Below are positions 11,004 through 21,850 of a DNA stretch of 64,000 bases, one piece after another. Position 1 is the first letter of the stretch. Every line of letters starts with the position of its first letter. The position numbers and the translations under genes were made by a program. Source of the stretch: Bdellovibrio sp. (GTDB taxonomy: Bacteria > Bdellovibrionota > Bdellovibrionia > Bdellovibrionales > Bdellovibrionaceae); contig JAKFBS010000004.1 in NCBI GenBank assembly GCA_036677065.1, positions 1 to 64,000 on the forward strand, given 5' to 3'. The notes beneath the pieces were generated by a model that did not search any database, was not told the origin of the DNA, and saw only the letters and a list, made by a program, of their open reading frames with translations.

Positions 11004-11636
11004 ATGAATAAAAAAATGTCGACTTTTTCATGGATCATCGGGGCTATCATTTTAGCGATCTTTTTGCGTGTGGTATTTATCGGCGTTTTTAAAGTTCCAA
11101 CAATCACTATGGCGCCAACCTTGTTAGCCGGTGATTTTATTATTTCAAATAAATTAGCTTACGGCGTGAAAGAAAAAAAACCAGAACGTGGTGACGTGAT
11201 CGTTTTTACCCGTGCTGAAAAGCTTGGGCAGTATTTCATTAAACGGGTTGTGGGTATACCGGGAGACGTGGTTTCAATTGGCGCCGGCGAACTTTCGGTA
11301 AACGGCGAAAAGTGTAGTTACGTCTCTGAACAAAAGATCGAAAACTTCGAAATTTTCAAAGAAACTTGTTTAAATTCCGAGCGTCGTATCTTGCGAGCCT
11401 TAACTGGCCAATTAAAAACTCCAGATATGGCGGCAATTACCCTAAAAGAGGGTGAATTTTTTGTTTTGGGTGATAATCGCGATGCCAGCGAAGACTCTAG
11501 AGATTGGGGGCCGATCGGCTCTGATCAAGTTTCTGGCAAGGCTCAGCTGATCTGGCTTTCGGTGGGTTCAACGCAAGACTCCATTTCTCAAGAAAAAGGG
11601 CTTAGACTCAGTCGTTTTTTGACAACGATTCATTAA
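11004..11636 (+). CDS. Signal peptidase I-like protein (copy 3; Thr at the catalytic Ser position)
   Basis: VPTITMAPTL in place of IPSGSM.PTL; FIKRVVG and GDNRDASEDSR retained. Confidence 0.85.
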   Translation: MNKKMSTFSWIIGAIILAIFLRVVFIGVFKVPTITMAPTLLAGDFIISNKLAYGVKEKKPERGDVIVFTRAEKLGQYFIKRVVGIPGDVVSIGAGELSVNGEKCSYVSEQKIENFEIFKETCLNSERRILRALTGQLKTPDMAAITLKEGEFFVLGDNRDASEDSRDWGPIGSDQVSGKAQLIWLSVGSTQDSISQEKGLRLSRFLTTIH

Positions 11637-11656
11637 ATTTGTTACCTTAAATTTCA

Positions 11657-12571
11657 ATGCCAAACAACATTTCCCGCTCTGTCATTGACCTAAAATCAGC
11701 AACATCCACTGAAATTTACTCGCTATTTGAATCAGCCATGAAATTGAAAAATGATTTCTCGGCGGTTAAAGATATTCCCCAAAAAGGAATCGCTGCACTT
11801 TTGTTTTTTGAACCAAGCACGCGCACTAGATTCAGCTTTGAAGCGGCATGTGCTAGATCTGGCGTTTATCCGTTGGTCTTAAGCGGCTCTGCGGGAACCA
11901 GTCTTGAAAAAGACGAAACTTTAGAAGACACGGTTCTAAATATTGAGGCTATGAAGCCTCTTTTTTTTGTAATCCGGGCTCCTGACAGTTTAGACTTGCG
12001 CCAGATGGCCGAAAACATCCACACACCGATTATCAATGCTGGTTGGGGTAAGCAAGGTCATCCGACTCAGTCCTTGCTTGATATGTTAACGGTTTACGAA
12101 AATTTCAAAGGCGTCGAAGGCAAAAAAATTCTTTTCGTCGGAGATGTTAAGCATTCTCGCGTAGTTAGCTCGCACCTAGAGCTTGCGAAAATTCTGGGTT
12201 ATAAAATTGGTTATGCTTGCCCAGCAAGCTTTTTACCCGAATCTTTAGATCGTGAAGTGATGTACTTTAGCCAGCTTAAAGACGGCATGCAGTGGGCTGA
12301 TGCGGTCGTTGCCTTAAGAGTTCAAAAAGAACGTCATCAGAACACCAAATTTTCAGTTGAAGAATACAGAAAACAATTCAGCATTAATAACTCTACGCTT
12401 GAGTATTTTCGAGCGGATGGTTTATTAATGCATCCAGGACCCATCAATTACGGTATTGAATTGGAAAAAGAAGTGTTACAAGATTCACGTTCGCAAGTAT
12501 TAAAATTAGTTGAAAATGGAGCCTTCATCCGTGAAGCGCTTATTCGTCAAGTTTTACAGAGGATTTCATAA
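11657..12571 (+). CDS. pyrB: Aspartate carbamoyltransferase catalytic subunit
   Basis: FFEPSTRTR, HPTQ, HSRV, RVQKER and MHPGP motifs. Confidence 0.96.
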   Translation: MPNNISRSVIDLKSATSTEIYSLFESAMKLKNDFSAVKDIPQKGIAALLFFEPSTRTRFSFEAACARSGVYPLVLSGSAGTSLEKDETLEDTVLNIEAMKPLFFVIRAPDSLDLRQMAENIHTPIINAGWGKQGHPTQSLLDMLTVYENFKGVEGKKILFVGDVKHSRVVSSHLELAKILGYKIGYACPASFLPESLDREVMYFSQLKDGMQWADAVVALRVQKERHQNTKFSVEEYRKQFSINNSTLEYFRADGLLMHPGPINYGIELEKEVLQDSRSQVLKLVENGAFIREALIRQVLQRIS

Positions 12572-13683
12572 TGCTAAACAGATATTTAGTTTTAGAAGAT
12601 GGAAAAGTTTTCAGCGGTGAAGCCTTAGCTGCACAAACAGAATTCCCTGAAATGGCCGGAGAAGTTGTTTTCAATACCACTCATTCAGGTTACGAAGAAA
12701 TCGCGACTGACCCATCATACATGAATCAAATCATTGTAATGACTGCTCCTATGCAAGGTAACTACGGGATTGATGACACTGTCTGGGAATCTAAAAAAAT
12801 CTGGATTAAAGGTTTTGTTTGCCTGCAAATGCAATATAGCAAAGGCAATTCATCTTGGGCGCAACGTCTGATGGATCATAAAGTTCCAATCTTAACTGAA
12901 GTTGATACCAGAAAATTAGTGATCGAATTACGCCAACAAGGCACTCCTTGGGGAGCGCTTGTGCAAGCGGCTAATGAATCAGCGGCTCGTGAACGCGCCA
13001 ACACTTTAATTACAAAAGCTAAACAAGTCGATAATGACTGGGTTTGGGAAGCTTCTCGTAAAGAGGCGCAAGAAATTATCGGTGATAATTTAAATGGTCC
13101 TCGCGTAGCAGTTTTAGATTTCGGTGCCAAAGAAAATATTTTACGTGAATTGAAAAAGCGCTGCAGCCATTTAAAAGTTTTCCCATCGCGCGCTGATGCT
13201 AAAACAATTGAAGCTTATCAGCCAGATGGCCTTATGTTAACAAATGGTCCGGGTGACCCAGCAGAAGTAAAACAAGCTCCAGAAACAATTCGCCATTTTA
13301 TCGGAAAACTTCCGGTGTTTGGAATTTGCATGGGGCACCAAGTTTTATCCATCGCCTTGGGTGCAAAAACTTACAAACTTAAATTCGGACATCGCGGGGC
13401 CAATCATCCGATTCAAGATCGCATTTTAGATTCAATCTACATGTCGAGCCAAAATCACGGTTACGCCGTCGACATGAAAACTCTTCCAGAACATGTTTTA
13501 GTAACGCATGTAAATTTAAACGATCAAACAGTCGCCGGATTTTTCTCAGAAAAACAAAATTGTCTTGGTATTCAATATCATCCAGAAAGTCATCCCGGCC
13601 CACATGATGCCGTTAAGTTATTTGATTTCTTTGTGAATAAAATGATCCAAAAAAAGGAAAAATCCACCCATGCTCACCATTGA
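12571..13683 (+). CDS. carA: Carbamoyl-phosphate synthase small subunit
   Basis: GEVVFNT, NGPGDP, GICMGHQ and QYHPE motifs. Confidence 0.97.
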   Translation: MLNRYLVLEDGKVFSGEALAAQTEFPEMAGEVVFNTTHSGYEEIATDPSYMNQIIVMTAPMQGNYGIDDTVWESKKIWIKGFVCLQMQYSKGNSSWAQRLMDHKVPILTEVDTRKLVIELRQQGTPWGALVQAANESAARERANTLITKAKQVDNDWVWEASRKEAQEIIGDNLNGPRVAVLDFGAKENILRELKKRCSHLKVFPSRADAKTIEAYQPDGLMLTNGPGDPAEVKQAPETIRHFIGKLPVFGICMGHQVLSIALGAKTYKLKFGHRGANHPIQDRILDSIYMSSQNHGYAVDMKTLPEHVLVTHVNLNDQTVAGFFSEKQNCLGIQYHPESHPGPHDAVKLFDFFVNKMIQKKEKSTHAHH

Positions 13684-14326
13684 ACTATTTGAGAGCTCAT
13701 ACAATAAATTAGTCGGGCAATTTGCTTCTGCTAAATTCCAAGACGAGCTAAATATGGCTCGTAAAGAGTTTTTTGAAAATGCCGGCACTTTGGATGAAAA
13801 TAAACCCAACTACAGTTTAAGAATGAACCAGTTTTATGATTGGTACTTTTTAACTCGTCCGCTAAAGGGGCATATGCAAACTCCGCTTATGGTTTGCAGC
13901 ATTCAGCGTGAACTGCGCTTAACTGAAGAAGACGAACAAGTGATCGAGATTCTTAAAAAAGCCCGTCATTCATTATTTGAAATTGTTAAAGTTAAAAAAG
14001 ATGAAATCACTTTAAAAGATTTATTCAAAAACGAAAAAGTTACGGTGAATGCCGACCAACATATTTTTGAATTCGACGAAAAAGAAATTTTTGAAGCCCG
14101 CATAGTTGAAATTGGCGGAAAAAAATATTTCTTAAAAGGTTTTTGCTTTCACCCAGAATCAGCGCAGAAGTTTATTTTGGCTGAAGTGAAAGTGTACCAA
14201 AAAAATCCGGATTTAGATCCGTCTGATTTTATGCTTCGTTTGGTTAAAATGCGTTACAAGTTTGAACAGTACCGTCATGTAAAACCAGACATGATTTATA
14301 CGAACGATAACAAATTAGGATTGTAA
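13670..14326 (+). CDS. Hypothetical cytoplasmic protein between carA and carB
   Basis: 218-aa ORF overlapping the carA stop and filling the gap to carB. Confidence 0.8.
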   Translation: MLTIELFESSYNKLVGQFASAKFQDELNMARKEFFENAGTLDENKPNYSLRMNQFYDWYFLTRPLKGHMQTPLMVCSIQRELRLTEEDEQVIEILKKARHSLFEIVKVKKDEITLKDLFKNEKVTVNADQHIFEFDEKEIFEARIVEIGGKKYFLKGFCFHPESAQKFILAEVKVYQKNPDLDPSDFMLRLVKMRYKFEQYRHVKPDMIYTNDNKLGL

Positions 14327-14360
14327 TAAGTCCGTGTCATAGACACGACAGGAGTTAACG

Positions 14361-17300
14361 GTGCCTCGTTTAGAAAAGTTTAAAAGAGTTTTGATCATCG
14401 GTAGCGGTCCAATTAAAATTGGCCAAGCTTGTGAGTTTGATTATTCCGGAACTCAAGCCTGTAAAGCTTTAATGGCTGAAGGTTTAGAAGTTATTCTCGT
14501 AAACTCAAATCCTGCAACGATCATGACCGATCCGGATATTGCGACTCGCACTTATGTTGAACCTCTTGAGCCTGAGTTCTTAGAAAAAATTCTCGCCATT
14601 GAAAAACCAGATGCAGTTATTCCCACGTTAGGTGGTCAAACAGCCCTGAACTTAGCCCTAGCTTTAGATAAAATGGGAATTCTAAAAAAGCATAACGTTC
14701 AGCTTCTGGGTGCAACTCCTGAAGTGATCGAAGCCGCTGAAGACCGCGAAAAATTTCGCGCGATTCTTGATGAAGTCGGCGCTAAATATCCAAAATCAGA
14801 AATGGTCAAAAATTTTGAACAGGGCTTAGCTGCAGCTGATGTTTTAGGTTATCCATTAATTCTTCGTCCAAACTACACTTTAGGTGGCGGCGGCGGCGGA
14901 GTAGCGTATTCGCCAGAAGAGTACAAACAAATGTTAGTGCAAGCTCTTCACGAAAGCCCGACATCAGAAGTATTGGTTGAAGAATCCATCTTAGGTTGGA
15001 AAGAGTTCGAATTAGAAGTGATGCGCGATTCAAACGGCACTTTCGTAGTTGTTTGTTCAATTGAAAACATAGACCCTTGCGGAGTGCACACAGGGGATTC
15101 AATCACTGTAGCTCCTCAACAAACGTTATCTGATCGCGAATATCAAGCAATGCGTGATGAAGCTTGTAAAATTATCAACAGAGTCGGCATTCAAACCGGC
15201 GGAGCCAACGTTCAGTTTGCGACACACCCAAAAACCGGCGAGCGCGTAGTTATCGAAATGAATCCGCGCGTATCTCGTTCTTCAGCTTTAGCCAGCAAAG
15301 CTACGGGTTTTCCGATCGCAAAAATCGCAGCTTTGCTAGCGATTGGTTACCAATTACACGAATTAAAAAATGATATCACGCAAGTTACACCAACATGTTA
15401 CGAGCCAGCGTTAGATTACGTTGTAACTAAGATCCCGCGTTTTGCTTTCGAAAAGTTTCAGGGGTCAAAAGATATTTTAACAACGCAAATGAAATCTGTA
15501 GGCGAAGTGATGGCCATAGGCCGTACTTTTCAAGAATCATTTATGAAAGCGTTAGCCGCGTTAGAAAAAAATAATGAAGCTATTCCAGATGTAGCTTTTG
15601 ATTTAGAAAAAGTATCTTATCCAAATTCACAAAGAATTTGGCATATCTTCCAGGGATTTCGCCATAATTTGGGCTTAAACATGATCTGGGAGCTAACTCA
15701 GATCACACCTTGGTTTTTAGAACAAATTGAAACCATCGTTAAATTTGAGGCTACTTTTAAAAACTCAGAATTATCGACAGAGCTTTTATTAAAAGCCAAA
15801 CGTTTAGGTTTTACGGATGCACGTTTAGCAAAACTAAAAGATTTCTCTACAGCGAATTTAAAAAATATCCGTCACAAGTTTGGAATTCGCCCAGCGTTTT
15901 TCCAGGTTGATACTTGCGCCGGTGAATTTGCTTCATCGACTCCATATTACTACTCAACTTACTGGAGTAAACCTGAAGGCAGTATCGCTTTACCTAAAAC
16001 AATAGCGGTTATCGGCAGCGGTCCAAACCGCATTGGCCAAGGCATCGAATTTGATTATTCATGTGTGCGCGGAGTAAAGGCCTTACAAAAATTAGGCTAT
16101 AAAGTGGCCATGCTAAATTCAAATCCTGAAACCGTATCAACAGATTACGACACTTCAGATTTATTATTCTTTGAACCTTTAACATTAGAGCATTTAACAG
16201 AAGTGTTTAACGTGATTAAACCAGAGGGGTTCATTGCACAATTGGGCGGTCAAACTCCGATTAACTTAGCACGTCCCTTAACTGAAGAAGGTTTTAAACT
16301 ATTAGGTTCTTCTTTAACTTCGATTGATCTAGCTGAAGACCGCAAAAAATTCGCTGAAGCCTGCCGTGAATTAAATTTATCAATTCCAAATTCAGCCATG
16401 GCCGGAAACATCGGCGAAGCATTACGAAAAGAAGCTGAAGTCGGTTATCCAATGATTTGCCGTCCAAGTTATGTCATCGGTGGCCGCCGTATGGAAGTTA
16501 TCGAAAACCGTTCTGAATTAGAATCTTACTTTGAACGTCATAAAGATTTCATCGGTGGAAAAAATCCATGTTTAATGGATCAATTCTTATCAGGAGCCTT
16601 AGAGGTAGACGTTGATTTAGTGCGCGGTAAAAACTGGATCTTAAGTGGCGGTATCATCGAACATATCGAGCAAGCTGGGGTTCACTCGGGCGACAGTATG
16701 GGCGTTGTCCCTCCGCAACGTTTAAAAGAAGAAACATTAGAAAAAATCGAAAAGCTAAGTTTTCAATTAGCGCATAAATTAAATGTTGAAGGACACTTAA
16801 ATTTACAGTTAGCGATTAAAAATGATGTGATTTATGTTCTAGAAGCTAATCCAAGAAGCTCACGTTCGGTTCCATTCTTAGCTAAGGCGACAGGTATTCC
16901 ACTTGTTGATTTAGGTATGAAAGGCCAACTTGGTTTAGAATTAACTCCCCAAGAGCAAGCTTACGACTGGAAAAAGATCAAACAGGTCTGCGTAAAAGGC
17001 GTTGTGTTTCCATTTAAAAAATTCCAAGAATCAGATTCAGTGCTTGGCCCTGAAATGAAATCAACGGGCGAATCAATGGGCCGTGCTGATACTTATCCAG
17101 AAGCTTTAGTAAAAGCTTTCGTATCAAGTTCACTAGCGTTGCCAAAATCAGGTGAAGTGTTTTTGTCATTACGTGATAAAGACAAAGAGCCAATGCTTCC
17201 GCTTTTAAGTAATTTGCAAAAAATGGGATTTACTTTTTCTGGAACCCGTGGAACTTCTGAATTCTTAAAAGAAAACGGCGTTCACTGTTTAAGTTTAAAT

Positions 17301-17534
17301 AAAGTTCACGAAGGTCGTCCACACTGTGTCGACCGCATTCGTTCTGGTCAGGTGCACTTTGTTATTAATACGACGGCAGGTCGTCATGCTCTTGAAGCAA
17401 GTTTTGCGATTCGCCGCGCATGTACTGATTACAGTATCCCATGTTTGACCGAAAGCGATGCGGCCGAGGCTTTTGTCCTAGCCCTAGAAAAAGCAAAGAC
17501 TGGACGATTCGAGGTTAGTCATTTAAGCTTTTAG
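14361..17534 (+). CDS. carB: Carbamoyl-phosphate synthase large subunit
   Basis: Duplicated GSGP..IGQ..EFDYS ATP-grasp halves and a C-terminal MGS domain; GTG start with AGGAG RBS. Confidence 0.98.
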   Translation: MPRLEKFKRVLIIGSGPIKIGQACEFDYSGTQACKALMAEGLEVILVNSNPATIMTDPDIATRTYVEPLEPEFLEKILAIEKPDAVIPTLGGQTALNLALALDKMGILKKHNVQLLGATPEVIEAAEDREKFRAILDEVGAKYPKSEMVKNFEQGLAAADVLGYPLILRPNYTLGGGGGGVAYSPEEYKQMLVQALHESPTSEVLVEESILGWKEFELEVMRDSNGTFVVVCSIENIDPCGVHTGDSITVAPQQTLSDREYQAMRDEACKIINRVGIQTGGANVQFATHPKTGERVVIEMNPRVSRSSALASKATGFPIAKIAALLAIGYQLHELKNDITQVTPTCYEPALDYVVTKIPRFAFEKFQGSKDILTTQMKSVGEVMAIGRTFQESFMKALAALEKNNEAIPDVAFDLEKVSYPNSQRIWHIFQGFRHNLGLNMIWELTQITPWFLEQIETIVKFEATFKNSELSTELLLKAKRLGFTDARLAKLKDFSTANLKNIRHKFGIRPAFFQVDTCAGEFASSTPYYYSTYWSKPEGSIALPKTIAVIGSGPNRIGQGIEFDYSCVRGVKALQKLGYKVAMLNSNPETVSTDYDTSDLLFFEPLTLEHLTEVFNVIKPEGFIAQLGGQTPINLARPLTEEGFKLLGSSLTSIDLAEDRKKFAEACRELNLSIPNSAMAGNIGEALRKEAEVGYPMICRPSYVIGGRRMEVIENRSELESYFERHKDFIGGKNPCLMDQFLSGALEVDVDLVRGKNWILSGGIIEHIEQAGVHSGDSMGVVPPQRLKEETLEKIEKLSFQLAHKLNVEGHLNLQLAIKNDVIYVLEANPRSSRSVPFLAKATGIPLVDLGMKGQLGLELTPQEQAYDWKKIKQVCVKGVVFPFKKFQESDSVLGPEMKSTGESMGRADTYPEALVKAFVSSSLALPKSGEVFLSLRDKDKEPMLPLLSNLQKMGFTFSGTRGTSEFLKENGVHCLSLNKVHEGRPHCVDRIRSGQVHFVINTTAGRHALEASFAIRRACTDYSIPCLTESDAAEAFVLALEKAKTGRFEVSHLSF

Positions 17535-17539
17535 GCTAG

Positions 17540-18412
17540 ATGACTAACTTAAAAAGTTTACTTATATTTTCTATTTTGTTTATCAGTGCTTCGGTGTTTG
17601 CCGCCGAAGCAACACCAAAATCGATCACGCTTGGATTAATTCCAGGTGGACATCCCGAGGCGATTAAAACTGAATCTAAAATTATCGCCGAACAGCTGCA
17701 AAAAAAGTTTAATGTTCCAGTTAATATCTATATCTCTAAAAATTACGCAGGCCTTGCGACCGCTTTAAAAAATAAAAAAGTCGATTACGCCTTTTTATCG
17801 GCATTAAGTTTAGTCGAAGCTGAAAAACAGGTGCCAGTAAAAGTACTACTTAAAAAAACCTACAATGGACCATATTATTTTTCAGGTTTAGTGGTGCGTG
17901 CAGACAGTAAAATTAAATCGATCAAAGACTTAAAAGGTAAATCAATTATCTACGTCGATCCACAATCTACTTCTGGTTATTTGTATCCACAGGTGTATTT
18001 ACGTAAAAATAACATTATTGATGCAAATTTTAAATCAGTTAGTTTTTCTGGAAGCCATGCGGCCTCTGTCGAAAAACTAGAAAATAAAGAAGCTGATATT
18101 GCGGCCGTATTTGTGGATGACGAAAAAACCAACGACGGCGCTTGGGAACGATTCAAAAAAAATCCAAAAACTAAATTTCGCTTATTATGGGTCAGTGATC
18201 CAATTCCAAATGATCCGATCGTCGTTCGTCAGGATTTTTACGATCAATACCCGAAATTAACCCATGAATTAATGTATGAATTAATTGAAATGCAAAGCGA
18301 TGCGGGCACAAAAAAGCTGATCTCTGAAGTGATGGGTAAGGGTGAACTTATGCCGGCCACTTCAAAACAGTACGACCCCGTTCGCGAAGTTAATAAGGTG
18401 TTTAATAAATAA
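17540..18412 (+). CDS. PhnD/SsuA-type periplasmic solute-binding protein
   Basis: Signal peptide; DPQSTSGYLYP, GSH..S and SDPIPND motifs. Confidence 0.85.
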   Translation: MTNLKSLLIFSILFISASVFAAEATPKSITLGLIPGGHPEAIKTESKIIAEQLQKKFNVPVNIYISKNYAGLATALKNKKVDYAFLSALSLVEAEKQVPVKVLLKKTYNGPYYFSGLVVRADSKIKSIKDLKGKSIIYVDPQSTSGYLYPQVYLRKNNIIDANFKSVSFSGSHAASVEKLENKEADIAAVFVDDEKTNDGAWERFKKNPKTKFRLLWVSDPIPNDPIVVRQDFYDQYPKLTHELMYELIEMQSDAGTKKLISEVMGKGELMPATSKQYDPVREVNKVFNK

Positions 18413-18413
18413 T

Positions 18414-19160
18414 ATGAATATTATTAAAGTCAGTGGCATTCAGAAATCATTTCAGCCAGATTTCTACAAAAAACCAACCCAGGTTTTAAAGAATGTGTCA
18501 TTTACCATTCCTAAAGGTAAATTTGTGGGCCTGATTGGCCCTAACGGAGCCGGTAAAACCACATCCATTAAGTGTTTATTGCAATTCATTTTTCCCGATA
18601 GTGGAACAATTCAATTCGGTGAAAATCAAAGCTTTTTAGAATTTAAAAAGTTAATTGGTTATTTGCCTGAGCGTCCATTTTTTCAGGAGTTTTTATCAGG
18701 TGAAGAATTTTTAAGGCTTCACTGGGATCTATCCGGCACTAAAAAAGATAATTTCAAACATCGCGCAGCCGAAGTTTTAGAATTAGTAAAGCTTACGCAT
18801 GCTAAAGATAAAAAATTAAAAGATTATTCAAAAGGAATGTTACAGCGGATTGGGATCGCTCAAGCCCTGATCGCATTTCCTGAATTTTTAATTCTTGATG
18901 AGCCCATGTCAGGTTTAGATCCTGATGGCCGTATTTTGATTAAAGATATTTTAAAAGATTTAAAAAAAACCAACATTACCGTATTAATGAGCAGCCATTT
19001 GTTAGAAGACATCGACGAGCTTTGCGAAGAGCTTATTGTTATTCATGAAGGTGAATGTTTTTACAATGCATCGACAGCTGAATTTAAAAAGAACTACAGT
19101 ACCTTACAAGAAGCTTACAAGGCTTTTAAAGGTCAATTTCAGGTGAATTACAACGTATGA
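18414..19160 (+). CDS. ABC ATP-binding protein, PilH-like (myxobacterial-type pilus ABC)
   Basis: GPNGAGKTT, YSKGMLQR and LDEPMSGLDP motifs; upstream of pilD. ATG at 18414 preferred over 18342. Confidence 0.85.
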   Translation: MNIIKVSGIQKSFQPDFYKKPTQVLKNVSFTIPKGKFVGLIGPNGAGKTTSIKCLLQFIFPDSGTIQFGENQSFLEFKKLIGYLPERPFFQEFLSGEEFLRLHWDLSGTKKDNFKHRAAEVLELVKLTHAKDKKLKDYSKGMLQRIGIAQALIAFPEFLILDEPMSGLDPDGRILIKDILKDLKKTNITVLMSSHLLEDIDELCEELIVIHEGECFYNASTAEFKKNYSTLQEAYKAFKGQFQVNYNV

Positions 19161-19915
19161 TCAGATTAATATGGGTTAACACGCAAGAGTGGTTTCGTCT
19201 TAAGTTTTTCCAGATCGTTTTATTTTTATCATTTTTATTCGTTTGTTTTAGTCAGCTTCTGGGCTCGCTTAGCTTTACTGAGCAACAGCGTTTAGTCGTC
19301 GATTTTGGTTTAGCCGGAATCGAAATAGCCCTTATTTTTATTGCCTGTTTTTTCTCAACTCATTCTTTGGCTAAAGAAATTGAGCGTAAAACTATTCTCG
19401 TGGTGTTGGCGCGTCCAATTCAACGTTGGAAAATTATCATCGGATTTTTTGGTAGTTTAGCTATTTTGAATTTAATCGCAGCGATTGTTTTAAGTGCGAC
19501 ATTATACATATTTATTAAAAGTACCGGTCCTATGTTTATGATCAATTACATTTTAGCTATTGGCTTTATTTATTTAAAGTCATTAGTGATTGGTTCTATC
19601 GGTCTTTGCATCAGCGTGATCGCACGTCCGATGTTTGCTTTCGTATTAACATTCACAATGTGGCTAATGAGTTATTCAATCATCGAAGTTCAATTTTTTA
19701 TGGAAAAAGCTCAGATTGAAAACAGCAAACAAATTTTTACTGTCCTAAGCACGGTGTTTCCACAATTTTATAAATTTAACTGGAAAAGTTATGGCTTTTT
19801 AAGAGCTATCGTTAATCCTTATGATGTGAGCTGGGCCTTATTACACAGTGCCGGTTGGATTTTACTCTGCCTGTATATAGCGGCGATGCTATTTAGAAAG
19901 AAAGAAATTGTCTGA
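19157..19915 (+). CDS. ABC permease, PilI-like
   Basis: Multi-TM protein with KEIERKTI..VLARP motif; lies between the ABC ATPase and pilD. Confidence 0.8.
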   Translation: MIRLIWVNTQEWFRLKFFQIVLFLSFLFVCFSQLLGSLSFTEQQRLVVDFGLAGIEIALIFIACFFSTHSLAKEIERKTILVVLARPIQRWKIIIGFFGSLAILNLIAAIVLSATLYIFIKSTGPMFMINYILAIGFIYLKSLVIGSIGLCISVIARPMFAFVLTFTMWLMSYSIIEVQFFMEKAQIENSKQIFTVLSTVFPQFYKFNWKSYGFLRAIVNPYDVSWALLHSAGWILLCLYIAAMLFRKKEIV

Positions 19916-20693
19916 TTTAATGCCTTTTTTCTATTTCGTAGTGTTTTTGTTCGGAGCTTGTTTTGGCAGCTTCGGTAATGTTCTGATTTATCGTATGCCT
20001 ACAGGTGAAAAAATCACCGGGCGCAGCCACTGCAAAGAGTGTGGTAAAACAGTTGCCTGGTATCACAACATTCCAATGCTTTCTTATTTTTTATTAAAAG
20101 GCCAATGTGCCAATTGCAAAGCTAAATTCTCAATTCGTTATCCGTTCGTAGAATTTTTAATGGCTACACTATGGTTAGCTGTTTTTCATCTTTATGGTGT
20201 GAGCTGGTTAACGTTAGAATACTTTATTTTAGTTTTCGGCTTAGTTGTTGGCAGTTTTATTGATTTAGATCATATGATTTTACCTGATGAAATCACTTTG
20301 GGCGGATGTGCATTGGCGCTTATCGGGGCAGCTATTAATCCCGAGAGAGACTTTTTGGAATCTTTTTTAGGATTTTTATTCGGCGGCGGTGTTTTATGGT
20401 TAGTCGCTTATGTTTATTTTGTTTTTACCGGACGCGAAGGATTAGGCGGCGGAGACATAAAACTTTTAGCCTGGATTGGCGCTCTATTAGGATGGCGTGC
20501 GATTCCGTTTGTGATTTTATCTTCATCAATTACCGGAAGTATTATTGGTCTTTATGTTTCACGGCACAGTGAAGATAAATTAAAAGCTGTTATTCCATTC
20601 GGCCCATTCATCGCTTTAGGGGCTATTTTATATATCTTAGGACTTAAGTCGGTGGGTAATTGGTATATAGATTTGTTTTTTCCACAGTTTTAA
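19908..20693 (+). CDS. pilD: Prepilin peptidase/N-methyltransferase
   Basis: GSFGNV.IYR, two CxxC motifs, IDLDHMILPD, GGGDIKL, IPFGPF. Confidence 0.95.
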   Translation: MSDLMPFFYFVVFLFGACFGSFGNVLIYRMPTGEKITGRSHCKECGKTVAWYHNIPMLSYFLLKGQCANCKAKFSIRYPFVEFLMATLWLAVFHLYGVSWLTLEYFILVFGLVVGSFIDLDHMILPDEITLGGCALALIGAAINPERDFLESFLGFLFGGGVLWLVAYVYFVFTGREGLGGGDIKLLAWIGALLGWRAIPFVILSSSITGSIIGLYVSRHSEDKLKAVIPFGPFIALGAILYILGLKSVGNWYIDLFFPQF

Positions 20694-20800
20694 TAATAAC
20701 TAACACTGCAGAAAACACCTAGACCCGACCTCTAGATCGTGTTCAAACTTTGACAAGACTCAACCATAGAACTGATAATTTAGGTTGGGAGTCTGGCAGC

Positions 20801-21850
20801 ATGTTATTTTCATCAAAAAAAGTGATTGGATTAGATCTAGGATCAAGTTCAATCAAAATGGCCGAATTAAAACTCAACGGTAACTCCGCTGAGCTTGAAA
20901 ACTTTGCGTCGGTACAGACTCCGCCGCAAGCTATGACCAATGGTGAAATCACAGATTCTTTCTTACTTGGTGAAGCGATCAAATCCTTACATAAAGAACA
21001 ACGTTTTACTCGCAATGTGGTTAACGTTGGTATGTGGGGAAATTCCGCGATCGTTAAAAAGATCTCCCTCCCAAAGCGTGACCCAAAAGAATTGCGCGAG
21101 CAGATTAAATTCGAAGCACAGCAGTACCTCCCATTTGATATTTCACAAGTGACGTTAGAACATCACATTCTGCCGTTTTCCACGACTCCAGATATGATGG
21201 ATGTACTAATCATCGCAGCTCAAAATGATTTCATCGGTAAGTATGTCGAAGTAACAACTTTTTCTGGTTTAAAATGTAAAATCATCGATGTCGCAAGTTT
21301 AGCCTTAGCCAATATTTTTGAATTCAACTATGGCCGATTCAATGAACCTGTGGCGCTATTTAACTTCGGTGCGAACTCGACACAGTTCTTAGTGATTCTT
21401 CAGGGCGAAGTTTTATTCGTGCGTGATATTCCTGTTGGTGGATTTCATTTTACCAATGAGATCAGTAAAAACATGGGTATTACCCTTGAAGAGGCCGAAG
21501 TTTTAAAGCTGACGCAACAAGATCAAACTGAACAGCCCGAAAACACTAAAACATTCATGAATATCGCGCTTGATTACGTGACTGAAGAAATCCGTAACAG
21601 TATTGATTTTTATTCGGCATCAGGCGGCGATTTACAAATTACTAAAGCTTATTTTACCGGTGGGGCAAGTTTAACTGAAGGTATGATAGATCATTTGCAA
21701 GATGTTCTAAAAATCCCGTTTGAACAGTTAAATCCATTACTTCGTATTAAGCCAGCGAACAAAAAATTAACTCCAGCTTACCTAAATCAAATCACGCCAT
21801 TTTTATCGACGACATTAGGTTTAGCTCTGCGCCAAGTGGGTGACTCGTGA
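20801..21850 (+). CDS. pilM: Type IV pilus assembly protein PilM
   Basis: GLDLGSSSIK actin-like start and TGGAS motif; first gene of pilMNOPQ. ATG 20801 preferred. Confidence 0.92.
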   Translation: MLFSSKKVIGLDLGSSSIKMAELKLNGNSAELENFASVQTPPQAMTNGEITDSFLLGEAIKSLHKEQRFTRNVVNVGMWGNSAIVKKISLPKRDPKELREQIKFEAQQYLPFDISQVTLEHHILPFSTTPDMMDVLIIAAQNDFIGKYVEVTTFSGLKCKIIDVASLALANIFEFNYGRFNEPVALFNFGANSTQFLVILQGEVLFVRDIPVGGFHFTNEISKNMGITLEEAEVLKLTQQDQTEQPENTKTFMNIALDYVTEEIRNSIDFYSASGGDLQITKAYFTGGASLTEGMIDHLQDVLKIPFEQLNPLLRIKPANKKLTPAYLNQITPFLSTTLGLALRQVGDS

